Below, piece by piece: positions 29,452 through 39,670 of a stretch of 64,000 nucleotides of DNA. Positions within the stretch are counted from its first letter, which is position 1. Each line of letters opens with the position of its first letter. Origin of the DNA: Promethearchaeia archaeon (GTDB lineage: Archaea > Asgardarchaeota > Lokiarchaeia > Sigyniarchaeales > SOKP01); assembly GCA_029856045.1 (NCBI GenBank), contig JAHQWG010000016.1, positions 500,328 to 564,327 on the forward strand. The letters run 5' to 3'. The notes beneath the pieces are model-generated. The model saw only the letters and a list, made by a program, of their open reading frames with translations. It was not told the origin of the DNA and ran no database searches. A program made the translations under genes and the position numbers.

Positions 29452-30389
29452 ACATTTTTTAATTGCCAAATTTTAATTGTTTTGTCTAAACTCCCGCTTA
29501 TTATATAATATTTAGGAGCTTGAGTTTTGTATTGTTCAATTTTAATTAATTTTATTGATTCAATTTTATCCTCATGAGCAGGAATTTTCAATATTTCTTG
29601 AACTGGTGAAATTGAATAAATATATAAATTGGTACCTCCTAATATTAAAAAAAATCTTCCATCATTTTGAAATATCTCTAACGAATTTAAAGGTTCTTCA
29701 AGTTGTTTGGAAAATAATAATTTAATATTGTTGATATCCCAGCCAAATATCCCTCCATAATTATCAATTCCAACTAGGAGATTTTGATTCGATATAAATT
29801 TAAGATCCATAATTGGACCTTCTCCTCTTAGAAACATTTTCTCTTCATTCATTTTCAAGTCCCATAGTATTATTTTAGAGTCAAAAGTTCCTAAAAATAA
29901 CGTTAATTCGTTTTCTGTGCAAGAAATTGAAAGAATAGGAGAATTATATTCATCAATACTTGATAAGATGTGGAAATATTTAAGATCCCAAAATATAATT
30001 TGACAATCAAATCCAGTCGAAATTAATTGATTCGATTTTTCAAGATAAAAAAGTTTTTGAACATAATCTAAATGACTTTCTAAAGATAAATCACAATACA
30101 ATGTATTTGCCTTATTCTCCCAGATTTTTATAGTCTTATCTAAGCTAGATGAAAAAAGAGTCGAATATTTCTTAATAAACAGTATATCGGTTATCCATTT
30201 CTTATGTGCATTGATAGAATTTAATAGTTTTGGTGTTCCAATAGAATTATCTTTATTTATATTTAAATCCCAAATTTTTATCGTTTTATCTAATGATCCA
30301 CTATATAAAATCCCCTTTTCTTCATCATAAGCTAAAGAACTTATCCCTAATGCATGTTCCTGTAATTGATAAATTTGAGATAACTCCAT
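29448..30389 (-). CDS. WD40 repeat beta-propeller protein
   Basis: Repeated H...I..L...SGSLDKTIKIW units, about 7 blades. Confidence 0.92.
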   Translation of the reverse strand: MELSQIYQLQEHALGISSLAYDEEKGILYSGSLDKTIKIWDLNINKDNSIGTPKLLNSINAHKKWITDILFIKKYSTLFSSSLDKTIKIWENKANTLYCDLSLESHLDYVQKLFYLEKSNQLISTGFDCQIIFWDLKYFHILSSIDEYNSPILSISCTENELTLFLGTFDSKIILWDLKMNEEKMFLRGEGPIMDLKFISNQNLLVGIDNYGGIFGWDINNIKLLFSKQLEEPLNSLEIFQNDGRFFLILGGTNLYIYSISPVQEILKIPAHEDKIESIKLIKIEQYKTQAPKYYIISGSLDKTIKIWQLKNV

Positions 30390-30421
30390 TTTAAACTTTA
30401 TATTATTTTTTTTATAATGAA

Positions 30422-31222
30422 TTAATTGGAATTGTTAAATAGGTATTTTTTAATTAATAGATTTTTCTCATCAGGAAGAATTAAAAATAAACCATCGATC
30501 TCAAGAATACTTAAAAAATTTAAATATTCTTTTGCAAATTTTAAACTGACATTTAATTGATTTTCTGAATCTTTCATATCTTTTAATAATTCATCTGGAA
30601 TATTTAAATTCAAAAATTTTTGAGCAAATTTTACCTGTTGCGCATCTAAAAAAACTCCAAGTTTGATAAATACTGATAAATCTAATGATTTCGCCTCTTG
30701 GATGAAAGGAATGAAAATCGAGGGTTCATAATTTTCAGGTAAAAGGATAAAATCAAATCCTGCAATTTTTAAATCGCTAAAGAACATTGTATCTTCGGTA
30801 ATCTCATCAAAAGATAAACCAAAACAAATATTTGAGATGTCGCTTGTTAAATCCGATTTGATTTCTGATACTATATCAAGTAAATCTTCATAATCATCCT
30901 TTTCAGAAAAAAATAATACTGTTTTTACACCTAACTCATTCGCAGTATAAATATTTGAAATAGCCACATTAATATCTCTATTATCTAAATTAATCTCATA
31001 TATGAGATTTTTATAATCTTTAATAAGCAATTCAATAGTAGAAAGTGGAGCTAATAAAAACCGATTTTCTACATTTTCATCTATTATTGCTATACCATCA
31101 ACAGAATTTATGATTTTTTCAATTTGTTGAAGAAATATCTCTTGGTTATTTTTCTCTGGAGGATCCAGAAATTCTATAAGAACTAACTCTTCTCTTTCAG
31201 TTGCTAAATCATTTAGGTTGAT
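30422..31222 (-). CDS. Degenerate MetF/MTHFR-like TIM-barrel protein
   Basis: In-frame extension gives IEFLDPP...; also NRDIN...A.ELGVK.VL, K..AG.DFI, IPDELL and DGL. Track start is 31030; open frame reaches ATC at 31222. Confidence 0.7.
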   Translation of the reverse strand: MNLNDLATEREELVLIEFLDPPEKNNQEIFLQQIEKIINSVDGIAIIDENVENRFLLAPLSTIELLIKDYKNLIYEINLDNRDINVAISNIYTANELGVKTVLFFSEKDDYEDLLDIVSEIKSDLTSDISNICFGLSFDEITEDTMFFSDLKIAGFDFILLPENYEPSIFIPFIQEAKSLDLSVFIKLGVFLDAQQVKFAQKFLNLNIPDELLKDMKDSENQLNVSLKFAKEYLNFLSILEIDGLFLILPDEKNLLIKKYLFNNSN

Positions 31223-31334
31223 CTATTTTTCACCAAATATAGAATTAATAAAAATTCAGAATTCAAATGTAATTAATATTCAAGATAAATTAAATCTATT
31301 ATTTTGCAAAAACAATACGAAAATAAAACATGGT

Positions 31335-31871
31335 TTAAATCTTATAATAATTGAATATTAAACCATCTTCAATTGAACCCCAATGAGCCATAGGTACCTG
31401 AAATTTCCTTTTAAAAACAATATTGTTTTTAATTAATTGATTATTAACTTCTTCTAAATCTACATCGTACTCTTTAGTATGAGTTATATAATAAGATAGA
31501 AAACCTCCTATCTTTAAAAGACGATTAACTTCTTGTAAAAACAAATGCCGGTCCTCTTTATTTAAAAGGTGAAACACATCATAAATTAAAATAACATTGA
31601 GCGAATTATTTTCCAAGGAAACTGGAATCTCACCAGTAGTCACAATAATTTCAATATTTTTTATTTTTAAAGAATTGATCTTTCTTCTTAATTCCTTTAT
31701 TTTTTCTCCATTCTTATCAAGAGCAAAAATTTTACCAGTAGAACCGACAATTTTTGACGCAATTATTGAATATATTCCTGAACCACACCCAAAATCCAAT
31801 ACCTTTTGTCCTTTCCTAATTCCTACTTGCTTAAGAATATTTTCTCCTTCTGATTTTAACCATTTTTCCAT
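31335..31871 (-). CDS. Class I SAM-dependent methyltransferase
   Basis: VLDFGCGSG, RLLK.GG. Confidence 0.88.
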   Translation of the reverse strand: MEKWLKSEGENILKQVGIRKGQKVLDFGCGSGIYSIIASKIVGSTGKIFALDKNGEKIKELRRKINSLKIKNIEIIVTTGEIPVSLENNSLNVILIYDVFHLLNKEDRHLFLQEVNRLLKIGGFLSYYITHTKEYDVDLEEVNNQLIKNNIVFKRKFQVPMAHWGSIEDGLIFNYYKI

Positions 31872-31960
31872 AATATTGACAAATCTTAAAAAATAATTAT
31901 TTTTTCTATAAAGTTTAATAATGGAATAAAAATAAAAAATAAAAAATTTTAAAATCTTTA

Positions 31961-32407
31961 CTAAAAATTTCTATCTTCCTTTATAGAGCGTAGAACCACA
32001 CAAACACTTTCGACTTGTTCTATATCTCCTCTTGCCTTGAATGATTCGACTAAAGCATCTAATTCTGCTAAATCCGAGACATTTACTTTAATTAATAACC
32101 CACATCTTCCCGCTAAAGAGAAAATCTCAGCCAATTCTGGATATGGTCTTATATCTCTTATTAAATCTTTTAAATTCTCAGATTTAGGGATTAGCGTCAG
32201 AAATGCACTGATTTTTTTTTCATCAAGATCTTCAGCTAACATAATTGTGAATTTATCAATGACTCCTTCTTCTTGAAGTTTAATGACTCTCTTTCTCACT
32301 GTGGATTCCGAGAGACCCACTTCATCCGCAATCTCTCTATATGGTCTTCTGGAATCTTCCATTAGCATTGTGATTATTTTTCTATCAGTTTTATCTAATT
32401 TTTTCAT
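31961..32407 (-). CDS. Lrp/AsnC family transcriptional regulator
   Basis: LDKTDRKII..L..DSR.PYREIA..VGLSESTVRKRV. Confidence 0.93.
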   Translation of the reverse strand: MKKLDKTDRKIITMLMEDSRRPYREIADEVGLSESTVRKRVIKLQEEGVIDKFTIMLAEDLDEKKISAFLTLIPKSENLKDLIRDIRPYPELAEIFSLAGRCGLLIKVNVSDLAELDALVESFKARGDIEQVESVCVVLRSIKEDRNF

Positions 32408-32456
32408 CTTCGAAATAAACGCTCTGTTTGCTTTAATCTTTTAATTTTTATTAGTT

Positions 32457-33389
32457 TTATCTAAATTCCTTCAGTAAGGGCTCAAATAAGCGTTCATAAT
32501 GGACTGCCATACAATGAATTCCTGCCGCGGCTGTAGATTTCTTAATCTCACGAATAAATGGAACAAAGAATTCAAGGTTTATCTCATCGATTTTTACTTT
32601 TCTTTCCTTTTTATCCTTAATGTTTTTCTTCACATGCTTTAAATTTTTTAGTAAATCTTCTGGAACTGACACTCCTGGTATAAATTTGTCGAAGTACGAA
32701 GCAATACCGTAATTTTTTAATGGGAATAATCCTAATAAAATTGGACAATTATATCGTGACAATTCTTTAATAAAATCTTTTGCATCATCTATATCAAATG
32801 CAGTTTGAGTTTGTATATAATCTGCACCAACTGCTACTTTTCTTCCGACCTTAAGAATTTCTGCTTCTCTGGGACTTGCATTTGGATTGGCTGCAATCCC
32901 TACATTCATCTCAACTTTTCCAGTTTCAATTTCATTTCCATATATATCCGTATTCTCATCAATCATTTTACCTAGTAGATAAACAAATTGGGTAGAATCC
33001 AAATCATATACGGACTTCGCGCCGGGATTATCACCTAAGGCACTGTGATCACCAGTTAGAGCAAGTACATTTTTAATTCCTACACAAGCGGCAGCTAAGA
33101 TATCCCCAAATAATGCAATACGATTTCTATCACGAACAGTCATCTGATATACTGTTTCAAGACCAACCTTTTCTTGAACTAGATATGATGGGATTAAACT
33201 ATTAATATATGCCATTCCTTGTGGACCGTCAGTAACATTAGCTGCCACAACATATTCTTTCATAGCTTCTGCCGAGTGAATGATTTCACTTATATCAACC
33301 ATTTTGGTTGGTTCAAGCTCTCCAGTAAAGACAAATTTGCCAGTTTTTATTTCCTTCATCAGATTACTGAAAGCTGGACGATCTCCCAT
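32457..33389 (-). CDS. metF: Methylenetetrahydrofolate reductase catalytic subunit (copy 1)
   Basis: GELEP, NVTD, TVRDRN, LTGDH, YDLDS, QTQ. Confidence 0.9.
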   Translation of the reverse strand: MGDRPAFSNLMKEIKTGKFVFTGELEPTKMVDISEIIHSAEAMKEYVVAANVTDGPQGMAYINSLIPSYLVQEKVGLETVYQMTVRDRNRIALFGDILAAACVGIKNVLALTGDHSALGDNPGAKSVYDLDSTQFVYLLGKMIDENTDIYGNEIETGKVEMNVGIAANPNASPREAEILKVGRKVAVGADYIQTQTAFDIDDAKDFIKELSRYNCPILLGLFPLKNYGIASYFDKFIPGVSVPEDLLKNLKHVKKNIKDKKERKVKIDEINLEFFVPFIREIKKSTAAAGIHCMAVHYERLFEPLLKEFR

Positions 33390-33390
33390 T

Positions 33391-34086
33391 TTACTTCTCC
33401 ACCTCCTCTTCTTCTATTGCATTGGTATATTCTTGGATTAACTCCAAATGACCAGGTGATGTCATTAATCGATAATCCTTTGGGGGCCTAAATTTATTAA
33501 AAAGGTCCAACCTATTAAACTTTTTTAATCGTTCGTAAATTTGTATCCATGCACAAGGATATTTATATCCTCCTACTTCGCAAAAACCGTCAACTTGTCC
33601 ACCGCATGGACCATTATGGAGCCCTTTCGCGCAACTAGCTACTGGACAAATTCCCGCTGTTTCACCAAGCAAACATTCTCCACAAGTATCACAATATTGT
33701 TCATAACGATTATCCCCGTGATTTTCAGAAGCTCCAAACATACTATCTTGAGCTGGAAAGGTAAGTGTATCCTCAAAAATCCTATTGAGCATAGAAACAC
33801 CTAATCCACATGCAAGTGATACAATTGCCTCATATTCATCTAGATAGGGTCTAACTGTTGAGCCTGCAATTCTGTCATCACATTGTCGTAGTACTGTCAT
33901 TGCTTTCCATGTCAATTTTTTACCATTCATTTTTGATTTAAGTTCCAACATTTGGCCTAAAACTTTTGCTTCGTTTATACTTCTTGGAGGTTGACAACAA
34001 CCATCACAACCTGCAATGAGGATCTTTGAATATGGTTTAATCATTTCATAGATCTCATCAATATCTTTTAGTTTTGTAATTATCAT
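33391..34086 (-). CDS. metV: MTHFR-associated Fe-S/Zn subunit MetV (copy 1)
   Basis: CDTCGECLL...ICP...CAKGLHNGPCGG...CEV...CAW. Confidence 0.88.
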   Translation of the reverse strand: MIITKLKDIDEIYEMIKPYSKILIAGCDGCCQPPRSINEAKVLGQMLELKSKMNGKKLTWKAMTVLRQCDDRIAGSTVRPYLDEYEAIVSLACGLGVSMLNRIFEDTLTFPAQDSMFGASENHGDNRYEQYCDTCGECLLGETAGICPVASCAKGLHNGPCGGQVDGFCEVGGYKYPCAWIQIYERLKKFNRLDLFNKFRPPKDYRLMTSPGHLELIQEYTNAIEEEEVEK

Positions 34087-34184
34087 CTATCTACACATTT
34101 TTAGTTTTTTCTCACAACTTAATATTTTAAAATATATTATCTTTTTTGATTAAATTTTTTTACTTATAAAACAAATTAAATAAT

Positions 34185-35072
34185 TTAAATTTCTATTTTC
34201 AATTTTTCCAGTAATTTTCTTGGTTTAATTGCTCTTTTCATTATGTCCATATTTTCACTTTTTGGATTGATTCCAAATGCTAGAGCCATAATCTCTGGTA
34301 AATGGATAACTGGAATCTCCATCGGTTTATCTGATTTTCGTGCAATTTTTCTTCCATGTAAATCATATTGACTTGTACATGCTGGGCAGACTGTTATTAG
34401 AGCATCTATTTGATTTTTAACCAAATCATTAAATTTTATCTCGCATAAGTTATCTCCAATATCTTCATTTAACCTTGCACAATAACCGCAACAAGTGACT
34501 TTTTCAGCATATTGTTTAACCTCAGCACCTAATGTCTTTAAAATTTTATCCATCACTTCAGGACGTTCGGGATCATCGAATTCCAAAATTTTACTTGGTC
34601 GAATTAAATGACATCCTGGATGTGAAGCTAATGTTATGCCTTCCAATGGAACTTTTACCGAATCCTTTATTTTTTCTAACATTTTTTTATCCGAAAGAAT
34701 TTCTGTGATATGATATACCTTAGATGTTCCTCTAAATTCATAACCAATTTTACCTAAAATTTCATTAACCATGTCAAAGTATCTTTTATCTCTTTTTAAC
34801 ATCACATGAACGGTTTTTAATGTTTCAAAACATCCTGAACAAATAGTCATCACATTCAATCCCATCTTTTCTGCAATACAAAGATTCCTTGCACCTATTG
34901 TTAACCATGTTTCTATTCCTAACGATTGGATGGCAACAGGATCTGGGCAACAACTTGCTCCGTGCATCTCTTTTAATCCTATGCCTAAAATCTCACAATC
35001 CTTTCTAGCTGCTGCTTCTAATTGTGGAGATCTTAAAGGTATCATACATCCTAAGAAAAATGCATAATCCAT
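34185..35072 (-). CDS. hdrB: Heterodisulfide reductase subunit B-like
   Basis: Two CCG domains: GC, CCP, CSGC; HPGCH, CCG, CPAC. Confidence 0.92.
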   Translation of the reverse strand: MDYAFFLGCMIPLRSPQLEAAARKDCEILGIGLKEMHGASCCPDPVAIQSLGIETWLTIGARNLCIAEKMGLNVMTICSGCFETLKTVHVMLKRDKRYFDMVNEILGKIGYEFRGTSKVYHITEILSDKKMLEKIKDSVKVPLEGITLASHPGCHLIRPSKILEFDDPERPEVMDKILKTLGAEVKQYAEKVTCCGYCARLNEDIGDNLCEIKFNDLVKNQIDALITVCPACTSQYDLHGRKIARKSDKPMEIPVIHLPEIMALAFGINPKSENMDIMKRAIKPRKLLEKLKIEI

Positions 35073-35626
35073 TATGTCTTAACCTCCTTTTTTTTTCCTT
35101 TCTTAGCATCTTCAAGAATTTTTTTTAGCCCTGTCTCTTTAACAATAAATTCAATTTCTTCTAAATTTGGTGTAACAATCTCTGGTAAATTAAATTTTTC
35201 TCTGTTTCTATCAATAGATTTTTTCATCATTCCAGCATAAGGGACCGTGAATCCATGTTCTAGGAGATTATTTATGGTTATTTCATATTCTGGTGGCATA
35301 TTTCCCTCCTTTACAGCCATATTTCGTAACAATGCTAGTATAAATGAATAATCTACATTTTTTGGACACCGTTCGGTACAGCGATGACATAAAGAGCAAT
35401 ACCATATTGCGTTACTATTAAGGATTTTATCTTTTAAACCCAGCAATAGACAAGCAACAACTCTATGGGGCTGTAAATCTATATACTCCGATACTGTACA
35501 GCTACTACTACAGATACCACATTGAATGCATGCTAAAAGAGATTTAGCGCCAATCTGATTACTAATCTGGTATCTTAAATCAGAAATTAAATCTGTTGAT
35601 TTAATTATTTCTTGTGTTTTTTCCAT
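35072..35626 (-). CDS. hdrC: Heterodisulfide reductase subunit C-like
   Basis: CIQCGICSSSC and WYCSLCHRCTERCP. Confidence 0.92.
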   Translation of the reverse strand: MEKTQEIIKSTDLISDLRYQISNQIGAKSLLACIQCGICSSSCTVSEYIDLQPHRVVACLLLGLKDKILNSNAIWYCSLCHRCTERCPKNVDYSFILALLRNMAVKEGNMPPEYEITINNLLEHGFTVPYAGMMKKSIDRNREKFNLPEIVTPNLEEIEFIVKETGLKKILEDAKKGKKKEVKT

Positions 35627-35627
35627 T

Positions 35628-38600
35628 TTATGCCTTCACCTCCGGTGTTAAAGGACCTATTTCTTTAACTTTATTTATAAATTCTTTCATAACCTCTGCA
35701 AATATTTTACCTTCACTCGCTGAAATCCATTCAAGCCGGAGTCTTTCAGTGTCAATACCTAATTTTGTAATTATATTTTTAATCTCATTAACTCTCCTTA
35801 ATGTATCATAATTTCCCGCAATATAATGGCAATCACCAATGTGACACCCACCAATAAATACCCCATCAGCTCCGTTCAAAAATGCTTGTAAAATGAAACT
35901 TTTAGGAAGGCGTCCAGAACACATTACTCTTATTGGTCTGACATTTGTTGGGTATTGAAATCTACTCACTCCGCATGTATCTGCACCTGCATAACTACAC
36001 CAATTACAGAGAAAAGCTACAATTCTTGGGCGTTCATCTACAAAATCGCCTTTCACAGCTTCAATGATCATGGGCTCAATTTGTTCGTCACTAAAGTGGC
36101 TCATTGTAATTGCATCTGCTGGACATTCTGCAGAACAATCACCACACCCTTTGCATAATAGTGGATTTACTTCAGAAATCATCTTACTACCATCAAGAGG
36201 AACTCCTATTGCACCAAAACTGCAAACTTCAGCACATCTATTACAACCAATACATAACGCAGGATTCACATGAGAAATAATGGGCTCATTTTCTACTTCT
36301 CCTGTTATTAATGGAATTAATGCATGAGATGCTGCAGCTCGTCCTTGACTAATCGAATCAGCAATACCCTTTGGACCATGTGCAGTACCACATAAGAATA
36401 TTCCATCCGTTGCAAAATCAATTGGTCTTAATTTGATATGTGCTTCAAAAAAGAATCCATGTTCATCAAGTGGAACTTTTAATAACTCTGCCAATCTTTT
36501 ATTTCCTTCGTTTGGAATTAATGGTGCAGATAAAACGACTTTATCAGCCTTAATATGCAAATTTGTTTGAGTTAACATATCATGTACTTTTACAGTTATA
36601 TTATCATCATTAAAATCCAACTCAGGATATTCTGAAAATCGAAGATAATTAATATTTTCTCTCGCTTTCCAATAATATTGCTCTTCCTCAGTTCCAATTC
36701 TAATATCACGATATAATACAAAAATATTCGAATTAGGATAATTTTCTTTCACATACAATGCATGACGTATAGATTCACTACAACATATGAGAGAACAATA
36801 AGTCCTTCCCGTTTCTTGTCTTGAACCGACACAGTGAATGAATACCAAAGTTTCTCCATCTTTTAATTCATTATTGCGTAATTTCTCTGATAATTCTAAT
36901 TGCGTAAAAACCCTTGGATCTTTCCCGTAATTATACCAATCCGTAGGTTTATATTCTGAAGCACCAGTTGAAACTATAATAGCACCAACATTGACCTCTG
37001 TACGTTTTTTATCTGAATCTTCAATTGTGACTGTAAACTTACCGATTGATCCCTTTACATCAATGACATTTGAAGATAAATATACATTGATATTTTTCTT
37101 ATCCTCATTAACCTCCTTGATAACTTTTGAAATAAATTCTCTGGAATCAATTCTATCAAAATTTATTTTGTATATAAGATTCAATTGACCTCCCAACTTA
37201 TCCTCTTTTTCGACTAAATGAACTTTTAAACCGTGTTTTGCTATTTCTAAAGCTGCACTCATTCCACTTATACCACCACCAATAACTAACGCTTCACGTA
37301 CTACTTCTCCCTTAATTTTATACTCTGCACGTAAATTTCTAGCTCTTGCGACCCCCATTCTTATTAAATCTTTAGCCTTATCAGTCGCTTTTGCCATATC
37401 ATTCATATGAACCCAAGAATCAAGTTCCCGAATACTCACGAAATTAAACAAATACGGATTTAACCCAACTTCAAGTAATGTATTTTGAAATAAGGGTTCG
37501 TGAGTTCTAGGAGTACAAGCGGCTACAATGACTCGATTTAAATTTTCTTCTACAATTTTTTCTTTTATTATCTCTTGTGTTTTTTCAGAACAACTATACA
37601 TATTATACATTGCAAAAACAACATTAGGAAGCGTCTTTACATATTCTACAATTTCTTCAATATTCATATATCCCCCGATATTTGTGCCACATTCACATAC
37701 AAAAACCCCAATTTTCGGTTCATCAAATGGAGAAATATATCTTAACGGGGGCAATTCTAATACTTTTTCCTCTTCAGGGATTGGAATTGCATACTGTGCA
37801 GCTAAAGCTGCAGCACCACTGGCTTTCGCTACTGAATTTGCAATATCATCTGGACTTTGACATGAACCTGTAATAAATATACCTGGGATAGTAGATTTCA
37901 AATCTTCTAATGAATTTGCTGTTTTAAAGAATCCCAAATCATTAATTTCAATTCCAAGTATTTTGGCTAATTCTTTAGCATCTTTTCTTGGAATTACCGC
38001 GTTAGCCAAAATAACTAAATCAAACGTTTTTTCTTCTACTTCACCAGTATCTAAGTTTGCGTATTTAACTATTAAGTCATGAGTGATTGGGTCTTCTCTT
38101 ATATCTCCGGGAATTCCCCGATTATATTTAACTCCATATTCCTCTTTTGCACGTTCAATAAATTCCTCTTGATTTTTTCCAATAGTTCTTGTATCATTAA
38201 AGAATATTGTTGCAGAAACATCTGCAGCATGCTCTCTTGCAACAACGGATTCCTTGACCATATACATACAACAGAATTTAGAACAATATGCACAGATATC
38301 TACATTTCTTGAACCTACGCATGCAATAAATGCTAGATTTTTTGCGTGCTTTTTATCAGATATTCGAATTATCTCACCTCCAGTAGGTCCAGAAGCGCTT
38401 AATAATCGTTCAAACTGCATTCCAGTAATAATATTTTTATATTCACCGTAGTGATATCGAGCTAAAATACTCGGATCAATTAAATCAAAACCTGTTGCAA
38501 CAATAATCGAAGCTATACCATATTCAATAATTTCATCTTTTTGTTCAAAATCGATTGCATCTGCAGTACATACATCAAGACATAGTTTACAAGCATTTTT

Positions 38601-39074
38601 TGTCAACCATAAACACTTTTCAGGGTCAACTGTTGCTTTTCGTGGAACCGCCTGAGGAAATGGAATGTATATAGCTCTTCTATCTCCCATACCTTCTTCA
38701 AATTCATTAGGTATTTTTCTCATTGGACATTTCTCAGAACACTCTTCACAGCCTGTGCATTTATCTACATCTACATATCGTGCTTTTTTTATTACTTTCA
38801 CTTTAAAATCTCCAACTTTCCCCGAAACTTCACTAACTTCTGAATATGTTAAAAGTTCAATATTAGGATGTCGCGCAACTTCAACCATTTTAGGAGCTAA
38901 AATGCAAATAGAACAGTCTAAAGTAGGAAATGTTTTATCCAATTGAGCCATTCTTCCTCCGACAGAAGGAGATTTCTCCACTAATATCACGCGATATCCT
39001 TGTTCGGCTAAATCTAAAGATGCACTTATTCCCGAAATTCCACCACCAATAACTAAAATATTACTGCTTTTCAT
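35628..39074 (-). CDS. hdrA: Double-FAD HdrA fused to C-terminal MvhD domain
   Basis: Two GGGISG FAD modules, two CSxxCC motifs, ferredoxin inserts; MvhD domain FLCNWCSY...VMCSGR...GCHIGDCHY...WISASEG. Confidence 0.93.
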   Translation of the reverse strand: MKSSNILVIGGGISGISASLDLAEQGYRVILVEKSPSVGGRMAQLDKTFPTLDCSICILAPKMVEVARHPNIELLTYSEVSEVSGKVGDFKVKVIKKARYVDVDKCTGCEECSEKCPMRKIPNEFEEGMGDRRAIYIPFPQAVPRKATVDPEKCLWLTKNACKLCLDVCTADAIDFEQKDEIIEYGIASIIVATGFDLIDPSILARYHYGEYKNIITGMQFERLLSASGPTGGEIIRISDKKHAKNLAFIACVGSRNVDICAYCSKFCCMYMVKESVVAREHAADVSATIFFNDTRTIGKNQEEFIERAKEEYGVKYNRGIPGDIREDPITHDLIVKYANLDTGEVEEKTFDLVILANAVIPRKDAKELAKILGIEINDLGFFKTANSLEDLKSTIPGIFITGSCQSPDDIANSVAKASGAAALAAQYAIPIPEEEKVLELPPLRYISPFDEPKIGVFVCECGTNIGGYMNIEEIVEYVKTLPNVVFAMYNMYSCSEKTQEIIKEKIVEENLNRVIVAACTPRTHEPLFQNTLLEVGLNPYLFNFVSIRELDSWVHMNDMAKATDKAKDLIRMGVARARNLRAEYKIKGEVVREALVIGGGISGMSAALEIAKHGLKVHLVEKEDKLGGQLNLIYKINFDRIDSREFISKVIKEVNEDKKNINVYLSSNVIDVKGSIGKFTVTIEDSDKKRTEVNVGAIIVSTGASEYKPTDWYNYGKDPRVFTQLELSEKLRNNELKDGETLVFIHCVGSRQETGRTYCSLICCSESIRHALYVKENYPNSNIFVLYRDIRIGTEEEQYYWKARENINYLRFSEYPELDFNDDNITVKVHDMLTQTNLHIKADKVVLSAPLIPNEGNKRLAELLKVPLDEHGFFFEAHIKLRPIDFATDGIFLCGTAHGPKGIADSISQGRAAASHALIPLITGEVENEPIISHVNPALCIGCNRCAEVCSFGAIGVPLDGSKMISEVNPLLCKGCGDCSAECPADAITMSHFSDEQIEPMIIEAVKGDFVDERPRIVAFLCNWCSYAGADTCGVSRFQYPTNVRPIRVMCSGRLPKSFILQAFLNGADGVFIGGCHIGDCHYIAGNYDTLRRVNEIKNIITKLGIDTERLRLEWISASEGKIFAEVMKEFINKVKEIGPLTPEVKA

Positions 39075-39145
39075 AATAACTCAATTTTTTTCAAGGTTTT
39101 TTAAAATTAAATCAAATTATTTAATAGTTAATACTAAATTAAATT

Positions 39146-39161
39146 AATTAAGTACTTAATT
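39146..39161. promoter_or_regulatory. Perfect 16-bp palindrome AATTAAGTACTTAATT upstream of hdrA
   Basis: Lies between a minus-strand TTTAAATA box (~39182-39189) and the hdrA start. Confidence 0.35.
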
Positions 39162-39670
39162 TTATACAAGATCGTTAGTTATATTTAAAATTTATTCTTT
39201 TTTTTGTAAAATTTCGATTTTTTTAGTAATTCTTTTTCCTATTTTTGTATATAATTAATAAAAAGTATATTATTGACTTATTAAAATGAGAAAAAAAATA
39301 TGCTCTAATTTGATCTTTTATGATAAATTTAATGGCGAGATCTAAAAATAAAATTTAAAATCCTCGACATAATTTTTAAATTATTTTAAAGATTGATTTA
39401 TTAATCTCAAGGTTGATCTGTTAATTGCTAGAATGATATGTTTAATATTAGAATTATTAAATGTATATTATCAATGATATAAAAATTAATTTCAAATATG
39501 ACTCTTTTTTGAGTTTTTGAAATAAGATATTATTTGATCTTTTCCAAAATTGATCATTTTATTATCGTAACTTAAAATTAAAATTATCAAAAAACTTAAA
39601 TTGACTATTTTATTTTCCTACATAGTTATTCTATTATAATTATAAAAAGAAAAAGAATATTGTCGTAAAT

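Noticed and set aside
35628-39074. Selenocysteine recoding in HdrA/MvhD, known in Lokiarchaeia
   Set aside because: The ORF has no in-frame TGA; the candidate positions (DCSICILAP, GCHIGDCHY) are Cys codons.
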